Shown: positions 8,902-18,978, counted from the first letter of the stretch. The stretch: 64,000 nucleotides of DNA from an uncultured delta proteobacterium (GCA_963822965.1 CAWGJT010000005.1:992001-1056000); one strand, 5' to 3'. Notes: generated from the sequence alone by a model not told the origin. A program made the numbers and translations.

Positions 8902-9588
8902 CTATCCGAGGAAGTACTCCGACATGGGCGTCGACTCGAGCACGCTCAGGTCGAGGAAGGCCGTCACGCTGTCCATCATGCGCCGGAGCCTCGCCTTGTA
9001 CTCCTCCTCCGTCGTGCAGGCGTACCAGGCGTGGGGGTCGGTGAGCGCCTCGATGGGGAAGCTCTCCTCGACGATGCCGTCCCAGTCGTGGCCCTCGGCG
9101 GTGAGACGCCGCACCACCGCGTTGCGCACGTAGGCGAAGGTGGACTGGGTCTCGACCGCCACCTTGCGGTGCTCGACGTTCCAGCGCCAGACGAACTCCT
9201 CGTCCGAGAGGCCGGGCTTCCGGGCGATGCAGGTGACCAGGTTGGCGCCGGGCGCGCGCCGGCCGACCGGCGGCTCGTGGACCAGGGGCCGGGACTCGCA
9301 CACCAGATAGCCCGAGAGCCCGGTCGCGTACGCGGCGAGCGCCTCCTCGCAGGGTGCCCGGTCGTCGGCGTTCTGCATCCAGAACGACACCATGGCGCGA
9401 ATCGGCGGCTGCGAGCGGCGGATCGCCACGCCGCCTCCCTGGGCGACGTGCTCGTCCTCGACGTCGACGCTGATCTGCGACGCCCCGGCGGCCCGCAGGA
9501 CCGGCGCCGCCTTCTCGACGAGGGCCGTGCGCAGGTCGGCGCCGGGAGCCTCCCCGTCGTGGGTGAGCAGGTAGGCGAGCTTCTCCAT
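8902..9588 (-). CDS. EthD domain-containing protein
   Basis: RKPGLSDEEF..RW..EH, YVRN.V, WDGIVEE.F. Confidence 0.8.
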   Translation of the reverse strand: MEKLAYLLTHDGEAPGADLRTALVEKAAPVLRAAGASQISVDVEDEHVAQGGGVAIRRSQPPIRAMVSFWMQNADDRAPCEEALAAYATGLSGYLVCESRPLVHEPPVGRRAPGANLVTCIARKPGLSDEEFVWRWNVEHRKVAVETQSTFAYVRNAVVRRLTAEGHDWDGIVEESFPIEALTDPHAWYACTTEEEYKARLRRMMDSVTAFLDLSVLESTPMSEYFLG

Positions 9589-9740
9589 CGGACACACCTC
9601 CGGTCGCAAAAAACCTGCGGCTCCGCTTGCGCCGCAAGCCGACCCGTCCGGGTCGGTCGTGAAGGCTACCAGCTCGGCCGAGGCGGAGCCGGCGACCTTC
9701 AGGCCCTCAAGCCCCGCTCGGCGCCGGCCGATGCCGGGGC

Positions 9741-10013
9741 ATGTCCGTGGAAGTGCTCGCAGCCGTCGTGGGGGTCGTGGCGGTGGTGCTGTTCCTCCGG
9801 CGCCGCCGGGACGAGACCGTCGTCATGCCGGGGGCGGGCTCCCAGGCCTCGTCCTCGACGGACGCCGCGGCCGGGGGCGACCCGATCGAGCGCGCCATCC
9901 TGCGCGGCCGCAAGATCGAGGCCATCAAGCACTATCGCGAGCAGCACGCCGTGGGGCTGCGCGAAGCGAAGGAGACCGTCGAGGAGATCGAGCGACGCCT
10001 CCGGCAGCGCTGA
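9741..10013 (+). CDS. Membrane protein with an L7/L12-C-like domain
   Basis: N-terminal TM helix plus GRKIEAIKHYREQHAVGLREAKETVE. Confidence 0.7.
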   Translation: MSVEVLAAVVGVVAVVLFLRRRRDETVVMPGAGSQASSSTDAAAGGDPIERAILRGRKIEAIKHYREQHAVGLREAKETVEEIERRLRQR

Positions 10014-10034
10014 GCCTCCGGCCGGAGACCTCGC

Positions 10035-11543
10035 TCAGCCCGGCGGCGCGGCCCCGGGACTCGCGGTCTTCGCCGGCCCAGGCGGCCCAGGCGCTTCGGG
10101 CGGCGTCGCGGGCTTCGGTGCCTTCGGGACGTACGGCTTCTCCACCGCGATCTTGACGCGCTCTCCGCCCTCGTAGACGTGGTCGTAGAACACCCCGTTG
10201 TAGAGCGCGGCGACCTGCACGTCCCAGCTGCTGCCCGTGCGCTTGCCCACCGCCTCGAGGCTCTCGCCGGACCGGGCCTGCACGAAGTCGAGGTTCGTCT
10301 GGACGAACGAAGCCAGCTCCTCGGCGGTGAGCGGCCGGAAGCTGCGGGTGGTGACCAGGGTGCGACCGAGGAAATCCTCGGCCTGGCTGGCGCGGGCCAT
10401 GCCGGTGATGCGCCAGGTGGCCTCGCGGTAGGGGATGAAGGTGACGAGCGAGGCGATGCGACCGCCGGACACGCTCGCCTCCACCTTCATCCGCCAGGAG
10501 TCGATGTCGCCGATCTTCACCGGGCGCGAGTCCTCGACCGAGACGGACGACGTCTCGCGGGTCTTGGCCACCCACTCCTCGGCCACCTGCTTGGCCGGGC
10601 CGAGGGGTGCGTCCGCGCTCAGGAACACGATGGCCTGGCCCCGGGGCTCCTGGGCGCCGACGGCGGCGTTCGAGTTGGCGGTGTACCAGCCGTGGGGGAA
10701 GCGGATGTAGAAGTCGAGATCCGGGTGCAGGAACTCGTCGCCCCGGAAGACGCCGGCCTCGGGCCGTTGCCCCAGCGGCAGCCCTTCGAGCTTCGCGACG
10801 ACCGACTTGCGGGTGTCGCCCAGCAGCGGATCGCGCTTCCAGCGGATCTCGCTGGCGCGCACCGCGTCGGCGGCCGCGCGCTCGGTGGAGCCCGGATGCG
10901 TGTCGAGGAAGCTCGGGTTGCGCGAGTAGCCCACCTGGTAGCGCTCCAGCTGGCCCAGGTTCGACAGGAAGGTGGACATGCCCATCGGGTCGTAGCCGGC
11001 GGCCGCGCACAGGATCTGGCCGCCCTCGTCGGCGTCGCGCTCCATGTCCCGCCCGTAGGCCGCCATCCGGGCCGCCTTGATCCACGGCATGGTGAGCCCA
11101 CGACTCGCCAGGCCCTGCTGGGCGGCCGCGTGGCGGTGGTTCACGTGGGTGATCTCGTGGCCGATCACGCAGGCGAGCTCGTCCTCGGTGTTGACGAGGG
11201 CCAGCAGCCCGCGCGTCACGAAGACGTAGCCCCCCGGCAGCGCGAAGGCGTTGGGCTCCTCCTGGTCCACCACGGCGAAGTGGTACTGGAACGAGCGTCG
11301 CGCCAGGCCGCGCAGCAGCTTGAGTCCGATCTCCGTCACGTAGGCGTTGAGCGCGGGATCGTCGAGGATCCCCACCTGGGACTCGACGTCGCTGGCGGCC
11401 TCCTGGCCGACGCGCGCGTCGTCGTACTCGGTCATCAGGACCGTGCGCTTCTTCTTCTTGGGCGTGCTCGCGCAGCCGGACAGCGCGAACGCGAACGCGC
11501 AGAAGAGGACCAGCAGGGCGGCCGTGCATCGGCGAAGGGACAT
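10035..11543 (-). CDS. M48-family metalloprotease lipoprotein with C-terminal LysM-like region
   Basis: Lipobox LSGC; PNAFALPGG, GHEITH, ERDAD, FLDTHP. Confidence 0.9.
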   Translation of the reverse strand: MSLRRCTAALLVLFCAFAFALSGCASTPKKKKRTVLMTEYDDARVGQEAASDVESQVGILDDPALNAYVTEIGLKLLRGLARRSFQYHFAVVDQEEPNAFALPGGYVFVTRGLLALVNTEDELACVIGHEITHVNHRHAAAQQGLASRGLTMPWIKAARMAAYGRDMERDADEGGQILCAAAGYDPMGMSTFLSNLGQLERYQVGYSRNPSFLDTHPGSTERAAADAVRASEIRWKRDPLLGDTRKSVVAKLEGLPLGQRPEAGVFRGDEFLHPDLDFYIRFPHGWYTANSNAAVGAQEPRGQAIVFLSADAPLGPAKQVAEEWVAKTRETSSVSVEDSRPVKIGDIDSWRMKVEASVSGGRIASLVTFIPYREATWRITGMARASQAEDFLGRTLVTTRSFRPLTAEELASFVQTNLDFVQARSGESLEAVGKRTGSSWDVQVAALYNGVFYDHVYEGGERVKIAVEKPYVPKAPKPATPPEAPGPPGPAKTASPGAAPPG

Positions 11544-11552
11544 CGGCTCGGC

Positions 11553-12407
11553 TCAGGGCAGCTCGGAGAGCCACTCGCCGCTGGAGAGCCACTTGGCCTT
11601 GAGCTGCGCCAGCAGCCCCGTGTCCTCCAGCGTGTTCAGATAGTTCATGACGATGTTGTGCAGCAGCGGGGCATCCGGGGGAAGCGCAATTCCGAGGGGC
11701 TCCACGGTGAACGGCGTGCGGATCGCCATCAGCCCCGCCTCCGGATGCTGCCAGGTGGACAGGATGCAGATCTGGAAGTCCGCGACGAGGCCGTCCACCT
11801 TGTCGTCCATCACCATCTTCACGGCCTCTTCGTAGTTCGGCGTGGTCACCAGGGTGGACTGGGGCAGCACGTCGCGCACGAAGGCCGCGCTGGTCGACGA
11901 GTCCAGCGCGGCGAAGCGCCGCCCGGGTCGGTCGAGGTTCTCGGGGTTCTGCTCGCGCGCGATCTCCTCGGACTTCGTCAGCACGGACGTGCCGCTGATG
12001 AAGTACGGCCCGACGAACGCCACCCGGACGTTGCGCTCGGGCGTCATCGTCATGCCCGAGATCACCACGTCCACCTTGCCCGCCTCGAGAGCGGGGATCA
12101 GGTCGGCGAAGGGGGTCTCGACCAGCTTCACCTCGAGGCCCATGGCGTGGGCCAGGGCGGAGATGAGATCGACCTCGAGGCCGATGATCTCCCCCGACTT
12201 GTTCTTCATGTTGAGGGGCGGCAGGTCGCCCGAGATGCCCACCCGCAGCTCGCCCCGGGCGAGGATCGCGGCGAGGGGGCCCTGCCGGGGCGGCGGCGGC
12301 TCCTTGCGGCTCATGCCGGGGAAGGACTGGCAGCCGGCGACGGCCGGGAGCAGCGACGCGACGGCGAGAATCGGAACCAGGCGCCGGAGGAGGAGAGGAC
12401 GGGCCAA
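11553..12407 (-). CDS. Polar amino-acid ABC substrate-binding lipoprotein (SBP_bac_3)
   Basis: VAGC lipobox; GELRVGISGD.PP, LIPALEAGKVDVVISGMTMTPER; start uncertain. Confidence 0.88.
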   Translation of the reverse strand: MARPLLLRRLVPILAVASLLPAVAGCQSFPGMSRKEPPPPRQGPLAAILARGELRVGISGDLPPLNMKNKSGEIIGLEVDLISALAHAMGLEVKLVETPFADLIPALEAGKVDVVISGMTMTPERNVRVAFVGPYFISGTSVLTKSEEIAREQNPENLDRPGRRFAALDSSTSAAFVRDVLPQSTLVTTPNYEEAVKMVMDDKVDGLVADFQICILSTWQHPEAGLMAIRTPFTVEPLGIALPPDAPLLHNIVMNYLNTLEDTGLLAQLKAKWLSSGEWLSELP

Positions 12408-12544
12408 GGCGTTCCCTTTCGTGCGGCCCTCCGCTTCGGAGGGCGGCTTGCGGGTGGAAGGAGCCGGTCGGCGGCCGCACCGGCCGCCCGGGGTTCTAGC
12501 AGCGGCACCATCGAGGCGCCAAGCGGGGCGAGCCGCACACGCCG

Positions 12545-14566
12545 TCAGGGCCGGACGATCTCGAAGGTGGGCTCGAAGGTATCGAGCATCCCGAAGAAGC
12601 CGAGCACGGCCAGGCGGCTGCCGTCGATGTCCACGTCGCCCGAGAGGATCGCCCCCTGCAGGGTGCGCTGACCGATCACGATCTCGTTCCAGGTGGACCG
12701 GGCGACCCGGAGCGTCGCGTCGGCGTCGGCCCGGGCGGGCGCCTCCCAGTGGTGGAGGACCGCGTTCTCCACCTCCAGCACGTGGCTCTCGTCGATGTCG
12801 GGGAACTCGAAGTTCAGCACCACGTGCTCCCCCGCGGCCTTCTCGCCGTTCAGGCGCACCGCCAGGGCGTCGAAGAAGAGCCCGCTCGGCATCGCGGACA
12901 CGATGTCCAGGGTACCCGTGGTGCGCACGGGCATCGCCGTAGCCCCGCGCCGCAGCTCGTTCGCGCCCGTGAGGTAGAAGTCGCGCCACGGACCCGATTC
13001 GGCCCGGTATCCCAGCTGGTCGTAGCACCGCGCCAGCAGCTCCCGCGCGGCCTCGTTGTCCGGATCCGCGAAGACCAGGTGATTCAGCACCATGGCGATG
13101 AAGCGGTACTCGCCCTTCTCGTAGGCGGCGCGGGCCTTCTCGAGCAGCGCGTCGGCGCCCCCCATGAACTCCACGTAACGCGGCGCCGCCTCCTCGGGCG
13201 GCAGGGGATCCAGGTTCGCGGGGTTGCCGTCGAACCAGCCGAAGTAGTGCTGGTAGACCGCCTTGGCGTTGTGGCTCACGCTGCCGTAGTAGCCGCGGTT
13301 GCCGAAGGTGAGGGCCAACGAATCGGGCAGGCGGATCTCCTCGGCGATCTCGCGCGGAGTGAGCCCGTGGTTCGCCAGCCGCAGGGTCTGGTCGTGGATG
13401 TACTTGTAGAGGTCGCGCTGCTTCTTCAGGTAGCCGACGACCCGGGCGTTGCCCTGGATGGGCCAGTGGTGGCTGGCGAAGAGCACCTCGACGTCGGCAC
13501 CGAAGAGCGCGATGGCCTGGTCGAGGTAGTTGCTCCACAGCAGGGCGTCGCGAACCTTCGCGCCGCGCAGGGTGTAGAGGTTGTGGAGCGTGTGCGTGAC
13601 GTTCTCGGCGCCGCACAGGGCGTGGAGATCCGGCAGCCAGATCATCATCTCCGCCGGCGCCTCGGCGCCGGGGGTGTTCTGGAAGACGAAGCGCACCCCG
13701 TCGAGGGTCATCTCGGTGGGCGTCTCGGAGACGAAGCGGTTGGGCGCCACCAGCCCGAAGGTGCCGGGCGTGGACGCCTTGCCGAGCCCCGAGTCCACGT
13801 GGCCCCGGGGCCCGCGACCGAGCAGGAAGCCGAACATGTAGGCCGCCCGCCGCGCCATGGTGGTGCCCGCCAGCACGTTCTCGGAGACCGCCTCCACCAG
13901 GAAGCCCTCGGGCGCGATCACCGGAACGTCCTTCGCGGCGGCCGGGTCGGGGATGACCGCACGCGCGCCGCCGAAGTGGTCGATGTGGCTGTGGGTGTAG
14001 ATGAGCGCCGAGATGGGCCGCGGGCCCAGGGTCGCAGCCACCAGGTCGAGGGCGGCCTGGGCGGTCTCCCGGGTGGTCATGGCGTCGATCACGATCCAGC
14101 CCGTATCGCCGGCGACGAGGGTCATGTTCGCCAGGTCGTAGCCGCGCACCTGGTAGATGCGCTCCTGCACCTGGAAGAGCCCGTGGATGCGGTTCAGCCG
14201 GGCCTGTCGCCACAGGCTCGGGTTCACGCTGTCGGGCGAGTCGCCCTCCTCGAACGTGAAGTCGTCGAGGTTCCAGACCACCTGGCCACTCTCGGTGCGG
14301 ATGACCGCGTCCTCGCGCGCGGCCAGGAAGCCGCGCTTCGCGTCGGCGAAGTCGCTCTCGTCCGCAAAGGGAAGCTCGCCCAGCACCTTCGCGTTCGCGT
14401 CCACCGTGAAGGACGACGGCGCCACGTGGCCGCTGGCGTCGTCCTCGCTGGCGGCGAGACGCCCCGGCTCGCCCGGGCGCTCGGAGCAGCCCCCGAGCGC
14501 CAGGACGAGAATGGATACGCAGAGACCGCAGGCGCGAAGCGCGCGCGGGGGTAGCGATACGGGCAT
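12545..14566 (-). CDS. Alkyl/aryl sulfatase, SdsA1/BDS1 type (MBL + dimerisation + SCP2 domains), lipoprotein
   Basis: VNPSLWRQA, YTHSHIDHFGG, HNLYTLRGAKVRD, SHHWP, RGYYGSVSHN. Confidence 0.93.
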   Translation of the reverse strand: MPVSLPPRALRACGLCVSILVLALGGCSERPGEPGRLAASEDDASGHVAPSSFTVDANAKVLGELPFADESDFADAKRGFLAAREDAVIRTESGQVVWNLDDFTFEEGDSPDSVNPSLWRQARLNRIHGLFQVQERIYQVRGYDLANMTLVAGDTGWIVIDAMTTRETAQAALDLVAATLGPRPISALIYTHSHIDHFGGARAVIPDPAAAKDVPVIAPEGFLVEAVSENVLAGTTMARRAAYMFGFLLGRGPRGHVDSGLGKASTPGTFGLVAPNRFVSETPTEMTLDGVRFVFQNTPGAEAPAEMMIWLPDLHALCGAENVTHTLHNLYTLRGAKVRDALLWSNYLDQAIALFGADVEVLFASHHWPIQGNARVVGYLKKQRDLYKYIHDQTLRLANHGLTPREIAEEIRLPDSLALTFGNRGYYGSVSHNAKAVYQHYFGWFDGNPANLDPLPPEEAAPRYVEFMGGADALLEKARAAYEKGEYRFIAMVLNHLVFADPDNEAARELLARCYDQLGYRAESGPWRDFYLTGANELRRGATAMPVRTTGTLDIVSAMPSGLFFDALAVRLNGEKAAGEHVVLNFEFPDIDESHVLEVENAVLHHWEAPARADADATLRVARSTWNEIVIGQRTLQGAILSGDVDIDGSRLAVLGFFGMLDTFEPTFEIVRP

Positions 14567-14615
14567 GCAGCTCCCTCGGGTTGGCTGGGATGTCGGTGTC
14601 GGGTGGAACCCGGGC

Positions 14616-15527
14616 TCAGGAGATCCCGCCGTCGAGGTCCTGGCCGTTCATGCCCGCGTTCATGCGGGCACGCTTGACCATGTCGGTGACGATCGGGCCG
14701 AGCGTGGTGGGATCGGCGACGGCCTCGACGGTGGGGCCCCGGTGCCAGCCCTCGGCGACGGCCAGCATCTCGCCCGACGCCTCGAAGACGCGACCCGTGA
14801 CGGCCTTGGAGTCCGCGCTCGCGAGCCACGTGACGATGGGCGCGATCCAGCGCGGGTGCATGCGCTCCTTCCGCTCCTCGGAGGCCTGCCCCATGCCCAG
14901 GTCCTCGGTGAGGCGCGTGAGCGCACCGGGCGCCACGGCGTTCACCGTCACCCCGTACCGGGCGAGCTCGCGGGCGGCGATGATCGTGAAGGCCGCGATG
15001 CCCATCTTGGCGGCGCCGTAGTTCGTCTGGCCCGGGTTGCCGTAGATGCCGGAGACCGAGGTGGTGTTGATGATGCGGGCGTCCACGGGCTCGCCCTTCT
15101 TGGAGCGCTCGCGCCAGTACGCCGCCGCGTGACGCGCCGGCGCGAAGGTGCCCTTCAGGTGCACCTGGATGACGGCGTCCCATTCGGCCTCCTCCATGTT
15201 GACGAGCATGCGGTCGCGCAGGATGCCGGCGTTGTTGACCAGCACGTCGAGCCCGCCGAACTCGTCGATGGCCTGGTCGATCATGCGCTTGGCGGCCGCG
15301 AAATCGCTCACGTCGTCGCCGTTGGCCACGGCCTGCCCGCCGGCGTCGCGGATCTCCTTCACCACCTGCTCGGCGGGACCGAGATCCGAGCCGGTGCCGT
15401 CCCGCGCGCCGCCCAGGTCGTTGACCACCACCTTCGCGCCGTGGGCGGCCAGCATCAGGGCGTGCTCCTTGCCGATGCCGCGTCCGGCACCGGTCACGAT
15501 GGCGACACGGTCTTCACAAAAGCTCAT
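14616..15527 (-). CDS. SDR, peroxisomal MFE-2/hydroxyacyl-CoA dehydrogenase-like
   Basis: TGAGRGIG, VVVNDLG, NNAGILRD, GQTNYGAAK. Confidence 0.92.
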   Translation of the reverse strand: MSFCEDRVAIVTGAGRGIGKEHALMLAAHGAKVVVNDLGGARDGTGSDLGPAEQVVKEIRDAGGQAVANGDDVSDFAAAKRMIDQAIDEFGGLDVLVNNAGILRDRMLVNMEEAEWDAVIQVHLKGTFAPARHAAAYWRERSKKGEPVDARIINTTSVSGIYGNPGQTNYGAAKMGIAAFTIIAARELARYGVTVNAVAPGALTRLTEDLGMGQASEERKERMHPRWIAPIVTWLASADSKAVTGRVFEASGEMLAVAEGWHRGPTVEAVADPTTLGPIVTDMVKRARMNAGMNGQDLDGGIS

Positions 15528-15631
15528 GGGGGATCTCCTGCGTTTCTCCACGGCGGGCGAGCCGCCCGGCCGATTGGAGGTGGAAGGCGAGGAACCACCG
15601 GGGACGCGCCCGGACCGGCATTCTACCCCCG

Positions 15632-16324
15632 TCAGCCCGTGGCCGAGGAGCGAAGGGGCTCGCACTCGGCGGCCGGCTCGAGCCGCCCCAGAGCCGCGTC
15701 GATGAACAGCGCCGCCATGCGGTCCACCTGCTCGGGGTCGGCGCCCATCAGCTTCTGCTGGGCGGTCATCTGGGCGCTGCCGATGAGCATGCGGGCGCTG
15801 GTCTCGGGATCGACGCTGGTGGGCACCTCGCCGCGGGCCTGGCCCCGGCGGATCGTGCGCATGTGGTTCGCGACGAGCTTCTCGATGAGCTCCAGGTAAC
15901 GGGGCCACAGGTCCTCGCGCATGGCGGTGCTCCAATCGAGGGCCAGGCGCGCGTGGTGCGGGTGGCTGATGAGGGAGTCGTGGAAGGCCTTGCGGTGGTC
16001 GAGCAGGATCTCGCGGCAGGTCTTGTCCTGCTGGTGCACGCCGAGCGCGAGCTGCAGGTACAGGCGGCCCACCTCCGCGAGCACGGCGTCCACCAGCGCC
16101 TCCCGGGTCTTGAAGTAGAGGAAGACCGTGGAGACCGCGACGCCCGCGGCCTCGGCGATCTCGGCGTGGCCCGCGCGTCCGAAGCCGCGGCGCGCGAACA
16201 CCTCGAGGGCCGTCTCGAGGAGCTGCGCCCGGCGCTCCGCGGGCGGCAGGCGGCGACGGCCCGGCGCGCCACGCGCCGTCTCGGGCGGGCCACCGGCAGG
16301 TCGGTCGTTCTCGGGATTCGTCAT
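15632..16324 (-). CDS. TetR-family regulator resembling Vibrio LuxR/HapR/SmcR
   Basis: ALEVFARRGFGRAGHAEIAE..VSTVFLYFKTREALVD and C-domain DWSTAMREDLWP; ATGA overlap with the upstream WS/DGAT stop. Confidence 0.9.
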   Translation of the reverse strand: MTNPENDRPAGGPPETARGAPGRRRLPPAERRAQLLETALEVFARRGFGRAGHAEIAEAAGVAVSTVFLYFKTREALVDAVLAEVGRLYLQLALGVHQQDKTCREILLDHRKAFHDSLISHPHHARLALDWSTAMREDLWPRYLELIEKLVANHMRTIRRGQARGEVPTSVDPETSARMLIGSAQMTAQQKLMGADPEQVDRMAALFIDAALGRLEPAAECEPLRSSATG

Positions 16325-17784
16325 GACCGCTCGTCCCAGGCCGCCGAGACCACCTCGTCGAAGCCCTTGCGCACGCACTCGACGAAGAGACGCGGCTCGG
16401 TGACGGCCGCCGGGTCGGCGTTGACGCCCACGGCGAGCTCGCCGTCGTAGCTGAAGCAGGTGACGTTGACCGCGGCGCCCGCGAGCGGCCCGAAGCCGAA
16501 CATGTGCTCGATGCGCGCGCCGCTCATGAAGACCGGGAAGCGCGGCCCCGGCACGTTGCTGGTGGTGAAGTCGATGGACTTCATCAGCAGGCCCGCGAAG
16601 CGCGCGGGCCCGGCTCCGGGCAGCGCGCCGATCACCGACGAGATCTCCTCCATCAGCGGCAGCGCCGGCTCGTCGCGCTGGGCGGCGACCCGCCGGCGGA
16701 TCTCGCGCATGCGCTCGCCCGGGTCGCGGATGTCCACGGGCACCGGGAAGCGAACGGGCACGAACTGGTTGCCGGCGTCGCGCGCCTTGTCGCCGCCCCG
16801 CATGTTGATCGGCATGCTCATGCGCAGCTCCTCGACCGGCGCGCCCTGACTCTCGTGATACAGGCGCAGGCCGCCGGTCACGCCCGCCACGAAGGCGTCG
16901 TTCACCGTGCCGCCGACAGCATGCCCGGCGCGCTTCAGCTGCTCGAGGGGCAGGAAGATCACGTCGTAGCGGTTGGAGAGGGAGCGGCCGCGCATCACCG
17001 GGCTCAGGGGCTCGGTGACCGGGGCCAGCAGACGACCCAGGGATCGCACGCCCTCCGCGGCCCGCTGCGCGGTCTCCAGGGGATGGCGCGCGAAGTCCAC
17101 CAGGGTGGTCCGGAACGCCTCGGCGATGCGACCGGCGCGCGTGGCGCTGCTGCGGAGGCGCGCGGCGCCGGCCCGGCGCGTGCGCTCGAGGGCCGTCGGA
17201 ACCTCGGCGCGCACCCACGGCCGCCGGCTCTCGCTCGATTCGCGCGCTTCGCCAGGCTCGCCGACCTCCGCCTCGCGGGTGCGCTCGATCATCCCCTCGG
17301 TCATGCGCACGAGGCCCACGCCGTCGCTGATGGCGTGATGCAACTTCATCACGACCCCGGCGCGGCCACCCGCCAGGCCCTCGAAGACGTGCAGCTCCCA
17401 CAGCGGCCGGTCGCGATCGAAGGCCTGCATGCCGATGGGCTGGGCGGCGTCCACCAACGCGCGCAGCGATCCGTCCCCGGGCGCATGGGCCAGGCGCAGG
17501 TGGAAGGAGAGATCGAAGTTCGGGTCCTCTTCCCAGGAGGGCGGCGCCAGACCGAGCCGGTCGGCGACGGGCCGCTGGCGAAGGCGCGGCACCTGCTGGA
17601 CCACCTCCTCGAGCTTGCGCTGGAAGCGTTCGGGGTCCGGCGCAGAGTCCAGCACCCAGACGCAGACGATCGTCGAGCGCAGGGCGGGATCGCTCTCGAT
17701 GGTCCACATGAGGGCGTCGGACTCGCTCATGCGGTCGTTGAACCGGGTGCGGGAATGCGTCGGGGGGATCTGGGAGGCGCTCAC
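16321..17784 (-). CDS. Wax ester synthase/diacylglycerol acyltransferase (WS/DGAT)
   Basis: Catalytic HHAISDG; DRDRPLWE, TVND, SNVPGP; start may be at 17730. Confidence 0.93.
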   Translation of the reverse strand: MSASQIPPTHSRTRFNDRMSESDALMWTIESDPALRSTIVCVWVLDSAPDPERFQRKLEEVVQQVPRLRQRPVADRLGLAPPSWEEDPNFDLSFHLRLAHAPGDGSLRALVDAAQPIGMQAFDRDRPLWELHVFEGLAGGRAGVVMKLHHAISDGVGLVRMTEGMIERTREAEVGEPGEARESSESRRPWVRAEVPTALERTRRAGAARLRSSATRAGRIAEAFRTTLVDFARHPLETAQRAAEGVRSLGRLLAPVTEPLSPVMRGRSLSNRYDVIFLPLEQLKRAGHAVGGTVNDAFVAGVTGGLRLYHESQGAPVEELRMSMPINMRGGDKARDAGNQFVPVRFPVPVDIRDPGERMREIRRRVAAQRDEPALPLMEEISSVIGALPGAGPARFAGLLMKSIDFTTSNVPGPRFPVFMSGARIEHMFGFGPLAGAAVNVTCFSYDGELAVGVNADPAAVTEPRLFVECVRKGFDEVVSAAWDERS

Positions 17785-17846
17785 GCTCTCTCCTCCTGCG
17801 GGTGCCGGGCGCCTGGCAGGCCTGGGAGCCGGGGGGCGCGGACCGT

Positions 17847-17892
17847 TGATGACCGATCTATCAGTTAATCTCTACTGATAGAATTGTCAACA
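17847..17892. promoter_or_regulatory. Two 20-bp LuxR/HapR-box-like operators in the WS/DGAT-tetR / cysK divergent region
   Basis: TGATGACCGATCTATCAGTT (17847-17866) and TACTGATAGAATTGTCAACA (17873-17892); minus-strand TTGACA at 17885-17890; AT-rich patch. Confidence 0.6.
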
Positions 17893-17994
17893 AGGAGCCC
17901 CCGCTCCGTGGCGGCTTGCCGGATTCATCCCTTGGGGGATACTTCTGGGTCCGGGGCCAGAGGCGAAGAGCGACGAGGAGAGGAGAAAAGCCGC

Positions 17995-18963
17995 GTGATC
18001 TACGACGACATCCTGAAGACCATCGGAAACACACCCGTCATCAAGCTCAACCGCATCGCCCCGAAGCACGTCGAGATGTACGCGAAGGTGGAGTCCTTCA
18101 ACCCGATCGGGTCCGTCAAGGATCGTCTCGCCTTCGCGATCATCGACGACGCCGAGCGCCGCGGCGTCCTGAAGCCGGGACAGACGGTGGTCGAGGCCAC
18201 CTCGGGCAACACCGGCATCGCTCTGGCCATGGTGTGCGCCGCCAAGGGCTACCCGTTCGTGGCGGTGATGGCGGAGAGCTTCTCGGTGGAGCGCCGCCAG
18301 ATCATCCGCGCCATGGGCGGCAAGGTCATCCTCACCCCCGCCAAGGAGCGCGGCACCGGCATGGTGACGAAGGCCGCGGAGCTCGCGAAGCGCTTTGGCT
18401 GGTTCCTCACCGAGCAGTTCGACAACCCCGCGAACCCCGCCTATCACCGCCAGACCACCGGCCCCGAGATCCTGCGCGACTTCGCCGGGCGGCGGCTCGA
18501 CTACTGGGTCTCCGGCTGGGGAACGGGCGGCACCCTCACCGGGGCCGGCGAGGTGATCAAGGTCGCCCGGCCGAACGTGAAGATCGTCGCCACCGAGCCC
18601 GCCGGCGCCTCGATGCTGGCCGGCAAGGAGTGGCAGCCCCACAAGATCCAGGGCTGGACGCCGGACTTCATCCCCAGCGTGCTGAACCCGAAGGTCTACG
18701 ACGAGCTGGTGCCCGTGACCGACGAGGAGTCGCGGGAGGTGGCCCGGCGCCTCGCCCACGAGGAGGGCCTCTTCGTGGGTCTCTCTTCCGGAGCCACCTG
18801 CGCGGCCGGCCTGCAGGTGGCCGAGAAGGCGGAGAAGGGCGCGGTCATCCTGGTGATGCTGCCCGACACCGGAGAGCGATACCTCAGCACCTATCTGTGC
18901 GAAGACCTGCCGACCGGCTCGGACGACGAGTGGCTGGCCGAGCAGGAGAAGGCGCACGCCTGA
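17995..18963 (+). CDS. cysK: Cysteine synthase A
   Basis: GNTP, KVESFNPIGSVKDR, EATSGNTGI, GTGGT, HKIQG, PDTGERYLST. Confidence 0.93.
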   Translation: MIYDDILKTIGNTPVIKLNRIAPKHVEMYAKVESFNPIGSVKDRLAFAIIDDAERRGVLKPGQTVVEATSGNTGIALAMVCAAKGYPFVAVMAESFSVERRQIIRAMGGKVILTPAKERGTGMVTKAAELAKRFGWFLTEQFDNPANPAYHRQTTGPEILRDFAGRRLDYWVSGWGTGGTLTGAGEVIKVARPNVKIVATEPAGASMLAGKEWQPHKIQGWTPDFIPSVLNPKVYDELVPVTDEESREVARRLAHEEGLFVGLSSGATCAAGLQVAEKAEKGAVILVMLPDTGERYLSTYLCEDLPTGSDDEWLAEQEKAHA

Positions 18964-18978
18964 CCCCCCTACCCGAGC

